Assembly: GCA_963715195.1 (NCBI GenBank)
Contig: CAVQRT010000031.1
Location: 1 to 64,000, forward strand
Origin: Thermodesulfovibrionales bacterium
GTDB lineage: Bacteria; Nitrospirota; Thermodesulfovibrionia; Thermodesulfovibrionales; SM23-35
Length of the DNA: 64,000 bases
Direction of reading: 5' to 3'
Positions 30,048 through 40,581 of the stretch are shown piece by piece. The first letter of the stretch is position 1; every line of letters begins with the position of its first letter. The notes beneath the pieces are model-generated. The model searched no databases and was not told the DNA's origin. It saw only the letters and a program-made list of their open reading frames with translations. The position numbers were made by a program, and so were the translations under genes.

Positions 30048-30776
30048 ATGTACATACTTGAAACCATTACCATGCGTGAATTTAAGAAACATCTCAGAGA
30101 GACGAAGACGATCGTCTTCCCCTTTGGGACGATCGAGGAGCATGGAAGTCATCTGCCCCTGAACACGGACTCTTTTATTATCCAGGAAGCCCTGAAATCA
30201 GCCGCGCAGAAGAAGAAGTTTTTCCTCGCACCTGTGCTTATGTATGGCGTTTGTACGACGACGAAAGATCATCCCGGGACAATAAGCATAACACCTGAGA
30301 CGCTCAGGAGGTTTGCTCATGATCTTATAACAGATGCATATAAAAAAGGACTGCGGAATTTCCTGCTTGTATCGGGACACGGCGGAAGTTTGCACATGTC
30401 AGCACTGAAAGAAACAGCCGAGGTCCTTATAGAGGTGCTCAATGATGTGAAGATTGCAGTTTTTTCTCCCTATGATCTTTTATGGAAAGAGCTGTCTGAG
30501 ATTGCGGACACGCCGAATGATTCTCATGCCGGGGAACTCGAGACTTCTATGATGCTTTTCTTGTTCCGCGATCTGGTCAAGGGGAGAGCGCCTGAGGAGT
30601 ATCCGCACATTCCCAAACCCTTTGTAGTGAAGAATAAGACCCGTTACTGGAAAGGTGGTGTGTGGGGGAATCCGGGAAAGGCATCGGTAAAAAAAGGCGA
30701 AAAGGCAATGAAGCTGATTACCGGCAAAATCATGGAAGTCATTGACATGATCGAGGGAAAAAGCTTAAGCGCTTGA
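30048..30776 (+). CDS. Creatininase/amidohydrolase family protein
   Basis: GTIEEHGSHLP..TD, HPGT, SGHGG, HAGELETS. Confidence 0.93.
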   Translation: MYILETITMREFKKHLRETKTIVFPFGTIEEHGSHLPLNTDSFIIQEALKSAAQKKKFFLAPVLMYGVCTTTKDHPGTISITPETLRRFAHDLITDAYKKGLRNFLLVSGHGGSLHMSALKETAEVLIEVLNDVKIAVFSPYDLLWKELSEIADTPNDSHAGELETSMMLFLFRDLVKGRAPEEYPHIPKPFVVKNKTRYWKGGVWGNPGKASVKKGEKAMKLITGKIMEVIDMIEGKSLSA

Positions 30777-30825
30777 TTTCCTCTTCTGCATCCTTTAAGC
30801 TTCTTCCTATCCCAGATTATTTGTC

Positions 30826-30857
30826 AACTATGTTACCATGACAGAACATAGTTTTTT
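30826..30857 (+). terminator. Possible intrinsic terminator
   Basis: aactatgtt-N10-aacatagtt plus T run; AT-rich, weak stem. Confidence 0.4.
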
Positions 30858-31003
30858 CGCTCATTCTACTCCCGATCCCAAAAGAGATCGGAATTCGGGA
30901 CTCCGAGGCATTTTGCCTCATTATTATTGGATACATACTGTTTGAATATCTGCACAATGAATCCGCTCAAACACTATGTCCTGTCGATGTCCTGGAAAAA
31001 AAT

Positions 31004-32617
31004 ATGAATAAACCGGACTATATGAAAGCAGAACAGGTGGACTTCCTTATTATCGGAAGTGGCGTTGCAGGCCTCAGGGCTGCAATAGAAATGGCTCCAT
31101 ACGGAAATGTCCTCGTTGTGACGAAAGACCGGCCTGCTGAAAGCAGCACTGAATATGCTCAGGGCGGCATCGCTGTGGCCCTGAGCGATGAAGATGAGGT
31201 GGGCATCCATTTTGAGGATACCCTTCGGGCAGGGGACGGTCTTTGCATGGAGGGTGCAGTCAGGATTTTGGTCGAAGAAGGTCCGGAGAGGATTCGGGAA
31301 CTCATATCATGGGGCGCTGAATTTGACAAGGAAGGGACGAAACTCGACTTCACCATGGAAGCGGCGCATTCAAGAAAGAGGATATTGCACGCCCACGGTG
31401 ATTCGACCGGAAAAGAGCTTGAGCGTGTTCTACTCGGAAAGGTGAAATCATTTGCATCAGTCCGGAAATATCCCTTTGCCTTTACGGAAAATCTGATCGT
31501 ACAGGATGGAGAATGTTGCGGCGCACATATTCGTGTCCACGGAGAGACGGTAGCGCTCTTTGCGAAAGCGACTGTGCTTACCACCGGCGGAGCAGGCCAG
31601 ATATTCTCGAGAACAACGAACCCGGCAGTGTCGACAGGAGACGGGATGGCAATTGCATTCAGGGCAGGTGCAGTACTTGAGGACATGGAATTTATCCAGT
31701 TTCATCCAACTGTCCTCTTCGCTCCGTCAGCCCCTCAGTTCCTTTTAAGCGAGGCGATGCGGGGCGAGGGCGCGATTCTGCGCAATATTCACAAGGAACC
31801 CTTTATGAAAGGTTACCACCCCGACGCAGAACTTGCACCGCGTGATGTTGTCTGCAGGGCGATTGTATCACAGATGGTCAGGACGAGCAGCAATCATGTT
31901 TACCTCGACCTCACCCATCTCGATGGGAATTTTATCAAGAACAGGTTCCCGAGGATCTATTCAACCTGTCTGCAATACGATGTTGATATTACCAGGGAAC
32001 TCATCCCGGTCTCTCCTGCTGCCCATTACAGTATGGGAGGTGTTAAAACGGATACAGATGGTGCAACAAATATCGTGGGATTATATGCAGCCGGGGAGGT
32101 TGCATGCACGGGAGTTCATGGTGCGAACCGGCTCGCGTCGAACAGCCTCCTCGAAGGCCTGGTTTTTGGCGCCAGGGCAGGGAGGTCGGCCGCTGTCTAT
32201 GGGATCACAAAGAAGGGGGAAAGAACGTGCAAGGTGATCCTTCCCCCGCAGGGAGCGGAGCAAGAGGGTATCCCTCACCGATCACGCCCTTCACGGTTTG
32301 ATATTGAAGAGGTCAGGCATTTATTGAGAAAAACGATGTGGGAAAAGGTTGGCATTATCCGCTGTGCTGAATCCTTGGGCGAAGCAAAGGCGAAACTGAG
32401 TGAATGGTCATTCATCCTGGAAGTATCATTTTCGACAAGGCGCGAACTTGAGCTGCAGAATATGATCGAAGTTTCACGATTGATTACAGAGTCGGCCATT
32501 TTGAGGAAGAATAGTGTTGGCGCGCATTACCGCTCTGATTATCCGGATAAAAGGGAAGGATGGGATAAACACATTATATTCAGAAAGAGAGAAGGACTAC
32601 CGCATGAGTTCGTTTGA
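31004..32617 (+). CDS. nadB: L-aspartate oxidase
   Basis: GSGVAGL, AQGGIA, QFHPT, LLSEAMRGEGA, HGANRLASNSLLE. Confidence 0.96.
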   Translation: MNKPDYMKAEQVDFLIIGSGVAGLRAAIEMAPYGNVLVVTKDRPAESSTEYAQGGIAVALSDEDEVGIHFEDTLRAGDGLCMEGAVRILVEEGPERIRELISWGAEFDKEGTKLDFTMEAAHSRKRILHAHGDSTGKELERVLLGKVKSFASVRKYPFAFTENLIVQDGECCGAHIRVHGETVALFAKATVLTTGGAGQIFSRTTNPAVSTGDGMAIAFRAGAVLEDMEFIQFHPTVLFAPSAPQFLLSEAMRGEGAILRNIHKEPFMKGYHPDAELAPRDVVCRAIVSQMVRTSSNHVYLDLTHLDGNFIKNRFPRIYSTCLQYDVDITRELIPVSPAAHYSMGGVKTDTDGATNIVGLYAAGEVACTGVHGANRLASNSLLEGLVFGARAGRSAAVYGITKKGERTCKVILPPQGAEQEGIPHRSRPSRFDIEEVRHLLRKTMWEKVGIIRCAESLGEAKAKLSEWSFILEVSFSTRRELELQNMIEVSRLITESAILRKNSVGAHYRSDYPDKREGWDKHIIFRKREGLPHEFV

Positions 32618-34028
32618 CAGTAAACAACGGAAAGCGAAGATAGTCTGCACTATCGGGCCTTCTTCAGCGAACGAAGAAACAATAACTGCATTAATCAGGA
32701 ACGGGATGAATGTGGCGCGGCTGAATTTTTCCCATGGCGACCATCAAACTCATAAAACCGCCCTGCAGCTTGTACGGCAAGTATCAAAAAAATTAAAAAA
32801 GCCTGTGGCCATTCTTCAGGACCTTCAGGGGGTGAAGATCAGGGTCGGGCGCATTCAGGGCGGAGAGGTTCAACTAAAAAAAGGGGGGATACTCTCCCTG
32901 ATGCCCGGAGAGGGGATCGGCAATCAAGAGCGCATATTTATTTCATATGCAGGACTGTTGAAGGATGCGAAAAAGGGGGACAGGATTCTCCTTGACGACG
33001 GTATGATACAGCTATCTGTTGTTGCGAGGGAGAAAAATGCACTCAAGACAAAAGTTATTGAAGGCGGGATATTACGGGACAGGAAAGGGGTGAACCTTCC
33101 CGGTATGAAGCTTTCAATCAAATCTTTTACCGAAAAGGATAAGAGGGACCTGTTGTTCGGTGTTCAAATAGGAGTTGATTACATTGCAATTTCCTTTGTC
33201 CGTGAGGCCGGAGACATCAGGGTAGTCAGGGGATGGCTCAGAAGAAGAAAAAAGGATATCCCCGTCGTCGCGAAGATAGAAAAGCCTGAGGCATTATGCA
33301 ATATCGACGAAATTCTATCGGAAGTGGACGGGATTATGATAGCACGGGGCGATCTCGGTGTTGAAATACCTCCTGAGGAAGTGCCGTTGATTCAGAAGGG
33401 ACTCATCGAAAAGGCGAATAAAAAGGGAAAGATTGTGATTACCGCGACACAGATGCTCGAATCCATGACCGAACACCTGAGGCCAACGAGGGCTGAAGCA
33501 AGCGATGTTGCCAACGCAGTTCTTGACGGCACCGATGCACTCATGCTCTCGGCTGAGACGGCAATCGGCAAATATCCGGCTGAGGCCCTCAGAATGATGG
33601 ACAGGATTATCAGGCATACGGAATCCATGCGGATACACGAGTCGCCTTACATCGGCGGCCACACCTTTGCTGAGGCTGCAGTGGATGCAGCATGCAGGGC
33701 TGCGGAAGACATGAACGCCAGAGTGATCGCGGCCTTCACCCAGTCCGGTTTCACAGCACGGCTTCTGTCAAAGACCAGGCCGAATGTTCCTTCCATCGCT
33801 TTTACTCCCGATGAGGCAATAAAAAACAGGGTATGCCTTTACTGGGGCGTCACTCCCAAGATCATGAAACTGCCGGCCACAACTGACGAAATGATTGTTG
33901 AAGTTGAGAGACTGCTCGTTCAGGAGGGTATTGTCAAGAAAGGTGACAGCATTGTTATAACCGCAAGCTCACCCCTTTCAACACTGGGTAAAACGAACTT
34001 CATGAAACTGCACAGGGTAGGGGAGTAA
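32604..34028 (+). CDS. pyk: Pyruvate kinase
   Basis: KIVCTIGP, ARLNFSHG, GIMIARGDLG, TATQMLESM, PTRAE; ATG 32604. Confidence 0.98.
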   Translation: MSSFDSKQRKAKIVCTIGPSSANEETITALIRNGMNVARLNFSHGDHQTHKTALQLVRQVSKKLKKPVAILQDLQGVKIRVGRIQGGEVQLKKGGILSLMPGEGIGNQERIFISYAGLLKDAKKGDRILLDDGMIQLSVVAREKNALKTKVIEGGILRDRKGVNLPGMKLSIKSFTEKDKRDLLFGVQIGVDYIAISFVREAGDIRVVRGWLRRRKKDIPVVAKIEKPEALCNIDEILSEVDGIMIARGDLGVEIPPEEVPLIQKGLIEKANKKGKIVITATQMLESMTEHLRPTRAEASDVANAVLDGTDALMLSAETAIGKYPAEALRMMDRIIRHTESMRIHESPYIGGHTFAEAAVDAACRAAEDMNARVIAAFTQSGFTARLLSKTRPNVPSIAFTPDEAIKNRVCLYWGVTPKIMKLPATTDEMIVEVERLLVQEGIVKKGDSIVITASSPLSTLGKTNFMKLHRVGE

Positions 34029-34447
34029 GATGATCGATCCCATGCCTTCTATTTAACTCCCGAAAGGATTCTTCATCGAAAAGGCATTACCGAAATATGG
34101 TGAAAATAATTTTCCTTATAGTCTTTATTAATATTTTCTTCTCTGCACGTCATGCGCATCATAGTCGGCAGTAACCAGCAAATAGTCGATGATGTATTTC
34201 TCACAGAACAAACGTTATTACTGCATCGAATTACCATGGCTATTTCTTCGCACAACAGATACTGTCAGGAATCAATCTGTCTGTGATGTTCACATAGTAC
34301 TAAAGTGCGACCGTTTTCAAAAGTTTCCTTTCCTGTTGAATACCTCGTTAAAATCGACATTTAAAAATCAAATCTATCGTTATCTCTCAATACTCTCTAA
34401 GTTAGCTGTCTATACTAATCGTGCCTTTATTCTTAATAAGCTTTATA

Positions 34448-37125
34448 TTACTTTGCGATCCTTTTCAAAAGTTGCTCGAGTTTCTTAATTTCCTCACCAT
34501 AGCCTGCCCAGTTCCCCTGCCTCTGTAGTTCAATTGCCCTTTCAAATACCCCCATAGCCTCCTTCGCAAGGTCTGTGGTTGTTGACTTTATATCTTCAGT
34601 CCTATCAGCTTTTCCGACCATTGCTTTTGCGCCGAACAGCCTCTGGAGTGCAAGCTCAAGGTTTTCCTCCATGACCACATCGTTTTCATAGGCAACAATG
34701 ACCCTCCTTAGTTCAGGCAGTCCCACCTTGTCGGATGCTGCCAGGTAAAGGGGCTGAACATATAAAAGAGACCGCTCTATGGGTATTACAAGGAGGCTCC
34801 CCCTTATGACCTCTGATCCATATTGACCCCAGAGGGTAAGCTGCTGGGATATATAGGAGTCCTGGTTTATCCTTGCATCTACCTGTTTTGGTCCGAAGAT
34901 GAGCCTGTCACGTGGAAAGGTATAGATAATTAGCTTTCCGTAATCCGGCTCGTCACACCGCGCGGCAAGCCATGCAGCAAGGTTGTCTCTCTTCGCCGGG
35001 GTATAGGGCAGGAGCAGGATATATTCCTCTTTCTTTTCCCCTGGGAGTTTCATTATGGTGTAATACGGCTCCATCAGCATTTCTCCGAAGGCAGGCACCT
35101 CCCACAGGTTTTCCTTATTGTAAAAAACCTGAGGATCCGTCATGTGATATGCAGCGAACATGGATGCCTGTATTTGAAGAAGCCTGTGCGGATACCGTAT
35201 ATGCTGTCTCAATTCTTCAGGCATCTCTTGAGGAGACTTGAATACATTAGGGAATATTTTCGAATAAACCTTTATAAGAATATCAGAGGAGTCGCTCACA
35301 TAAAAACCCATCGAGCCGTTATAGGCGTCAATAATCACCTTTACTGAGTTCCTTATGTAATTTATACGTTTTTCTATGGGCTTGGAATAAGGCATTCTGT
35401 TTGAAACAGTATAGGCATCTGCAATCCAGAGAAGTCTGCCTTCCTTTGTCACAATCATATAGGGGTCCTCGTCAAAAAGGAGAAAGGGCACCACTGCCCT
35501 GACCCGGTCCAGTATATTTCTGTAATACAGGATTTTGCTCTCTCCGGAGATATCAGAGGAAAGCAGAATCTTTTCTGTCTTATACTTCACCGAAAATAAC
35601 GCCCTTTTAAACAGAGAGTCCAGCCTGACTCCACCGCTGCCCTCATATGTTGTATACACATTGCCTTCAGATGTCGGATAACTGAATTCAGGAACCTTTG
35701 TTTTCACTATTACATAATTATTGGAAAGCTCACCGTAGTAAATCTCCGGCCTTGCAACCTTAAGGTCAGCCTGGCTTACCGGTGGAATATCTTTTATCAA
35801 GAACTCAGGCAGTCCTTCCCTGCTTATCCTGCTGACAGGCCCTAAGGTAATGCCGTTTCCATGGGTGAATATCAGTCTTTCGTTTATCCAGTTTTTGCTT
35901 GGAAGGTCATTATAGGAGAGCTCACGCGGAGCAAGCATCACCTGCATATACTCGCCGTTTATGGTATACCTGTCATTATCAACATCCGCAAATTTATAGT
36001 ATGTTCTGATCTGCTGCAGCTGGCTGTATGTCCTGAGAAGCGGGCTGTGGTCCCATAATCGTATATTCTTAATGGTGGCATCATTTTTTTCTATGTCCTT
36101 ACCCGAAAGATTATAGTCGACATCAAATGGCCTTACCTCGATCTTGTCAAGGTTATAGCCAAGCCTTGTAAATTTTATGTTTTGCTCTATGTAGGGGGTC
36201 TCGAGAGCAAGCTCATTCGGCGCAACCTTGAATTTATGAAGAACGTACGGATATGCCACGATTCCGATAATATATACTGCTAAAACTAGGACAGGGGGAA
36301 AAATGTCAGTTTCCGTGAACCCCTGACTATCCCTGCAATAAAAGCAAAGCCTGCTAACGGGGTTATAACCATAAGTATCCTGTAGAAAAAGAGTTTTGCG
36401 TGGACATCCATGTACCCTGCACCGTAGACAGCGCCGTGTTCCGAGAAGAGCAGCCTGAAGGTATCGAGGTAAAAGCCAAATCCGATATTAAGGATAACCA
36501 GGCCTGCAAGGATGCTGAGATGTTTTTTTACTTTACCGTCGACAGAAATTATCCTCTCCAGGATAAAGATGCCACCTCTTAAAAAGTAATTTGCAGCCAC
36601 TACAATAATTGTTAATGCCAGTGTAAACCCTGCAAAACCATTAAGAGATTCTATCAAGGGAAGCTTGAACAGATAAAAACCGATATCTTTACCCAAGAGG
36701 GGATCATTGGTTCCCATATCCAGACTGTTTCTAAAGAGCAGGAAGTCTTCCCATCTCAATGCGCCCCACTGCACTGCAAAGATGGCCATAATAACTCCTG
36801 CAATTATAGTGAGGGGCTTGACGACCTTTTCGATACCGCCCGCTCTAAATGGATTGATAACGCCTTCGATCGCAGATATCTCTCTTTGAGGGAAATTAGT
36901 CCTGTTTGCGATGATGATATTCGCTAAAACAAAGGCAAAAAAGGCTATGCCGAAAAATATGCCTGTGCTGATTTTAGTGGAGAGTGTTTTAAGAAAGACA
37001 GAAGTGTATCCTGTTTCCGTGAAAAAGAGCCAGTCGGTGTATAGATTCAAAACAGAAAATAAAAGCGGCAGCAGTAAAAAAATAAACCCGAACAGAATTA
37101 TATTCCTTGCTTTGTTTTTAGTCAT
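34448..37125 (-). CDS. UPF0182 family membrane protein, one frameshift (~36295)
   Basis: N-half YTDWLFF, DPLLGKDIGFY; C-half NIRLWD, FTHG.G, PEIYYGE, NYIRNSVK; one missing base in the T5/C5 run rejoins the frames. Confidence 0.92.
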
Positions 37126-37463
37126 AGCAGCCTCCGTGTCCTTTAATTTATTGCATGTTTATTTTATGATTCTATCTTAAAATAGTCCAACCATTTAAAA
37201 AATATGGTCAACATTGGTTTGTTCGAGATCTTATCCATATTATTTTCTATGCCATAAATTGGTATCGGATCTATTGATATAAATCTTCCGAAATTTGCTG
37301 GAAAAGCACTCCATCTTTCCGATCTCGCCAATGACAATGATGGACGTAGTCGGATCAAGGAGTCTAAAGCCATAAGTCAGTTGAACGTTTTTGTTGTAAA
37401 AGAAGCCTGAAAGTAAAGTATTAGCCGCCCGTTACAAGCATTCATAAATTGACATCTTTTAAT

Positions 37464-38924
37464 TTAATATACTCTTTCTATAACTCTAAAATACATATCG
37501 CCTTCTCTTGCATAATATCCAACTTTCCGACAATCAGGACTGAACTGCGGAGCGTCAATAATTGCATCATATTTCTTCTTTTCCTCATCATTAACAACAA
37601 CAAACATTTTCCCGTCTTTTTTTGCAGTAAATAAGATTTTTTTGCTATTGGAACAAAATCTCGGAGAGGAAGTAATTTCATCATATTTTTTGCTTTCCTG
37701 GCTGTTTGTAACGACAAAAGAGTTTCCATCTTCATGAGCAACATAGGACAGCTTGTTGTTGTCCTGGCTGAAGATCAGATGAGAAGTAATGTCAGCATAA
37801 CGTTTACCTTCCCTGCCATTTACAACAACATAGAAATTATTACCTTCTTTAGCAACGTATGCTAATCTGCTGTTATCAGGACTGAATGAAAAATCATATG
37901 CATTGCGATGTCTCACTGATCTCTTATCGCTTATAACAAACAGATGCCCTTCCTGTTTGAGTCCATAGTATTCCGCTCTGTAGGCTAATTCATTACTATC
38001 AGGACTAAATGACAGGCTATTAGAGAATAGTATCAGCTTCGAACCGGGAGTTCCTTTATCTACTAGGAATTCTTTGTTATTTACTACTACAAAAATGTTC
38101 TTATTGTTAACTGCGAAAAATGCTAATTTCCTATTATCAGGACTAAATACCGGAAGGGCTACAATTTTGTCATATCTATTCCCCTCCTCACCATTGACAA
38201 CAACAAAAGATTGCCCCCCCTCTTGAGCAATATAAGCTAACTTACTACCATCGGGGCTAAATGCCGGTGGGGAAATATTGTCATATCTTTTCCCTTCTGT
38301 ATTATCTAAACAGACAACCCACTTTCCTTCCTCCTTGGCAGCATAAGCTAATTTTTTACTGTCAGGGCTGAAAACATGCGATAATATTGCGTCGTATTTT
38401 TTATTCTCTTTATTGTTCAAAACAATAAAGCTCTTTCCCCGATCTGATACTACATAAGCTAATTTTTTACTGTCAGGGCTAAACAGTAACGAAGAAATGG
38501 CGGTAAATCGACCTCTACCGAATAATGGCGGGGGTATGAGAGCATCATACCGTTTAATTTCTTTGCCATTTACAAAAATAGACCATTTTCCCTCTGCCCC
38601 AGCAATATAAGCTATCTTCTTACTATTGGGACTGAAACCTGTCAAAATAATGTGGTCAAAAAGGTTGCTTTCTAATCCATTATGAACAACATATTCCTTG
38701 TCCTCAAGAATATAACCTTCACCCTCTGTATGACGCTTGAGTGTCCTTGCGGAATGAATTACCCAATTATTCAAATCTCTGGATACTTTAATTTCCTTTA
38801 TTCTTTCAGTGCTTTTACGCTCAAAAATCTTCTTTTCACCAACTATCCTAAAGGGGTCTTTTGTGGTACAACTGATGAAGACTGATAGACCTATTAATAT
38901 ATATAAAATTCTTTTTACCATCAT
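37464..38924 (-). CDS. Putative lipoprotein with ~10 WD40/PD40-like beta-propeller repeats
   Basis: Lipobox-like FISC; repeats FSPDS(K/N)xLAY..G..FVVVNG.EG.RYD. Confidence 0.85.
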   Translation of the reverse strand: MMVKRILYILIGLSVFISCTTKDPFRIVGEKKIFERKSTERIKEIKVSRDLNNWVIHSARTLKRHTEGEGYILEDKEYVVHNGLESNLFDHIILTGFSPNSKKIAYIAGAEGKWSIFVNGKEIKRYDALIPPPLFGRGRFTAISSLLFSPDSKKLAYVVSDRGKSFIVLNNKENKKYDAILSHVFSPDSKKLAYAAKEEGKWVVCLDNTEGKRYDNISPPAFSPDGSKLAYIAQEGGQSFVVVNGEEGNRYDKIVALPVFSPDNRKLAFFAVNNKNIFVVVNNKEFLVDKGTPGSKLILFSNSLSFSPDSNELAYRAEYYGLKQEGHLFVISDKRSVRHRNAYDFSFSPDNSRLAYVAKEGNNFYVVVNGREGKRYADITSHLIFSQDNNKLSYVAHEDGNSFVVTNSQESKKYDEITSSPRFCSNSKKILFTAKKDGKMFVVVNDEEKKKYDAIIDAPQFSPDCRKVGYYAREGDMYFRVIERVY

Positions 38925-39227
38925 ATCTTCCTATGCTTGCAAAGTGTGGCTAACTTACTCACAAATGTACCTCTATTTTTACTTTTTGTTCCAATTTAAT
39001 ATGATCCATACCTTTTCCGGATGACGTTTACAAATAACTTTGACTTGGTTATCGAATTTCAGAAATATTATTTTGACAGTATCCATGAAAGTTCCCCTGT
39101 GAATAATTTCCCTGAGGAAGAATTGTACTGGGTTAAATGGATTGTAAATCTACTTTAGCCGGTTCTTGTAACCCGAGAGGGAACAAAAGTGTAAGCTACA
39201 AACTTGAGACGGGCAAATATCAGCTGC

Positions 39228-39368
39228 CTATTGTTCCTCAGGACAATCCAATATTTTGCATTTCGAACAATCCTTTTCGTTCTTTGGACATTTATCATGT
39301 CCATAATTTTTATTTTTTGTACTCAGAGATTTACTCTCTTTGATTATTTTCTTTTTCTGTGCAATCAT
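39228..39368 (-). CDS. 46-aa basic Cys-rich micropeptide (not in ORF track)
   Basis: MIAQKKKIIKESKSLSTKNKNYGHDKCPKNEKDCSKCKILDCPEEQ; purine-rich RBS aaggtagggg; directly downstream of the FKBP gene. Confidence 0.55.
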   Translation of the reverse strand: MIAQKKKIIKESKSLSTKNKNYGHDKCPKNEKDCSKCKILDCPEEQ

Positions 39369-39409
39369 TGTTTTCCCCTACCTTTCTTTTCTAAGGGATT
39401 GTCATCTAA

Positions 39410-39826
39410 TCACACAATACCTACGAGTTTTATCGCAAAAATCAAATTTCTGTCAGAAAGAGGATGATGTAAATCAACTCTTACCCTTGAGTCCGAGAAA
39501 CCTACAACCTTTACCGAGAAACGTTGACCGGGAATTCTTATCCGTTTGCCGATTTCTAATTTGAAGTTATCTACGTTTTGCCGATCTATTTCGATTATTT
39601 TCTCTTTTCGGTGGTGTCCGAATAGCTTCTCTCCTTGAACTGTGGTAATTTTAGATTCACCCGGATTCATTCCAACCACCGTCTTTTCAAAGTCCTCGAT
39701 TACATGACCAGCACCCAAAGTAAATTTTAAAGGTTGGTCATTTGCGGTAGCAGTCAGAACAGTACCATTACCTAATTTCGCTGTGTAATGAACTTCTACC
39801 GTATCACCATATTTTGCGTTTGACAT
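39410..39826 (-). CDS. FKBP-type peptidyl-prolyl isomerase (SlyD/FkpB-like)
   Basis: AKYGDTVEVHYT, PLKFTLGAG.VI..FE...GM.PGE, VDLHHPL...L.FAIKLV; RBS aggagg. Confidence 0.88.
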   Translation of the reverse strand: MSNAKYGDTVEVHYTAKLGNGTVLTATANDQPLKFTLGAGHVIEDFEKTVVGMNPGESKITTVQGEKLFGHHRKEKIIEIDRQNVDNFKLEIGKRIRIPGQRFSVKVVGFSDSRVRVDLHHPLSDRNLIFAIKLVGIV

Positions 39827-40581
39827 AATATCCTCCTTTCTCTTTTTACCATTAGGTATAACTTTATTATCCATCTATACTATTTTTAAAAACAAAAAGT
39901 CGAACTCCTAAGAAAATATTATTCTTTTCAGTCCGACTCGATCTTAAAAACCAGCCAGCTATTTATTAAAACTGGCTGCAAGTATGACAGCTACATGATG
40001 TTAACATACCAAAATAAATTTATGGCGTCAATGACAAGAAATGGTAAGAAAACAGAATATTTCTTAAAGGATGTAAGAAAATGGACGGTATTAAAACATA
40101 ATTGTTAATAATCACATCTCATTGTGACTATGGTTTAGTGTTGCATTATTACATTACAATTCCGAACAATTCCGATAGAACTCGCAAAACGGTTGTGACG
40201 ATCACAAGTGATAGCGTTGTTAGGGGAATCTCAAATGGAGGAAGTCTGAATCATATTTCTAGGTTACAAGCACTGTCGTATGTTTTGTACCATATCTGGG
40301 CAGTCAGTATCCAATTATTTTCGATGATTAATGAATAATTGAACTAAATAGGTTTTGCTATTCTCTAAAAACGTGAGGGGTTCATATAGAAAAGAGCAGC
40401 AACTTCATTAAGTACTGAAACTCTAAAATCCCTTTTCTATTGATACTCGGAATATCCTGTAAGGATTAATTTATATTTGAAGCAAAATTTCAATTATTTT
40501 CTATTTATTCCTCTGTGTAAATTTTATCAGAAGTTAAGATATGGTATATTTGAATCAATTGATGTCCATCATCAGCAATAA

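Noticed and set aside
30860..31003. NAD riboswitch or operator upstream of nadB
   Set aside because: Only short hairpins; no recognisable consensus
32514..32603. Longer pyk start at 32514
   Set aside because: Lies deep inside nadB; homology begins after ATG 32604
36260..36310. Programmed frameshift or phase variation in UPF0182
   Set aside because: Runs are only T5/C5; a single-base consensus error is simpler given the other indels
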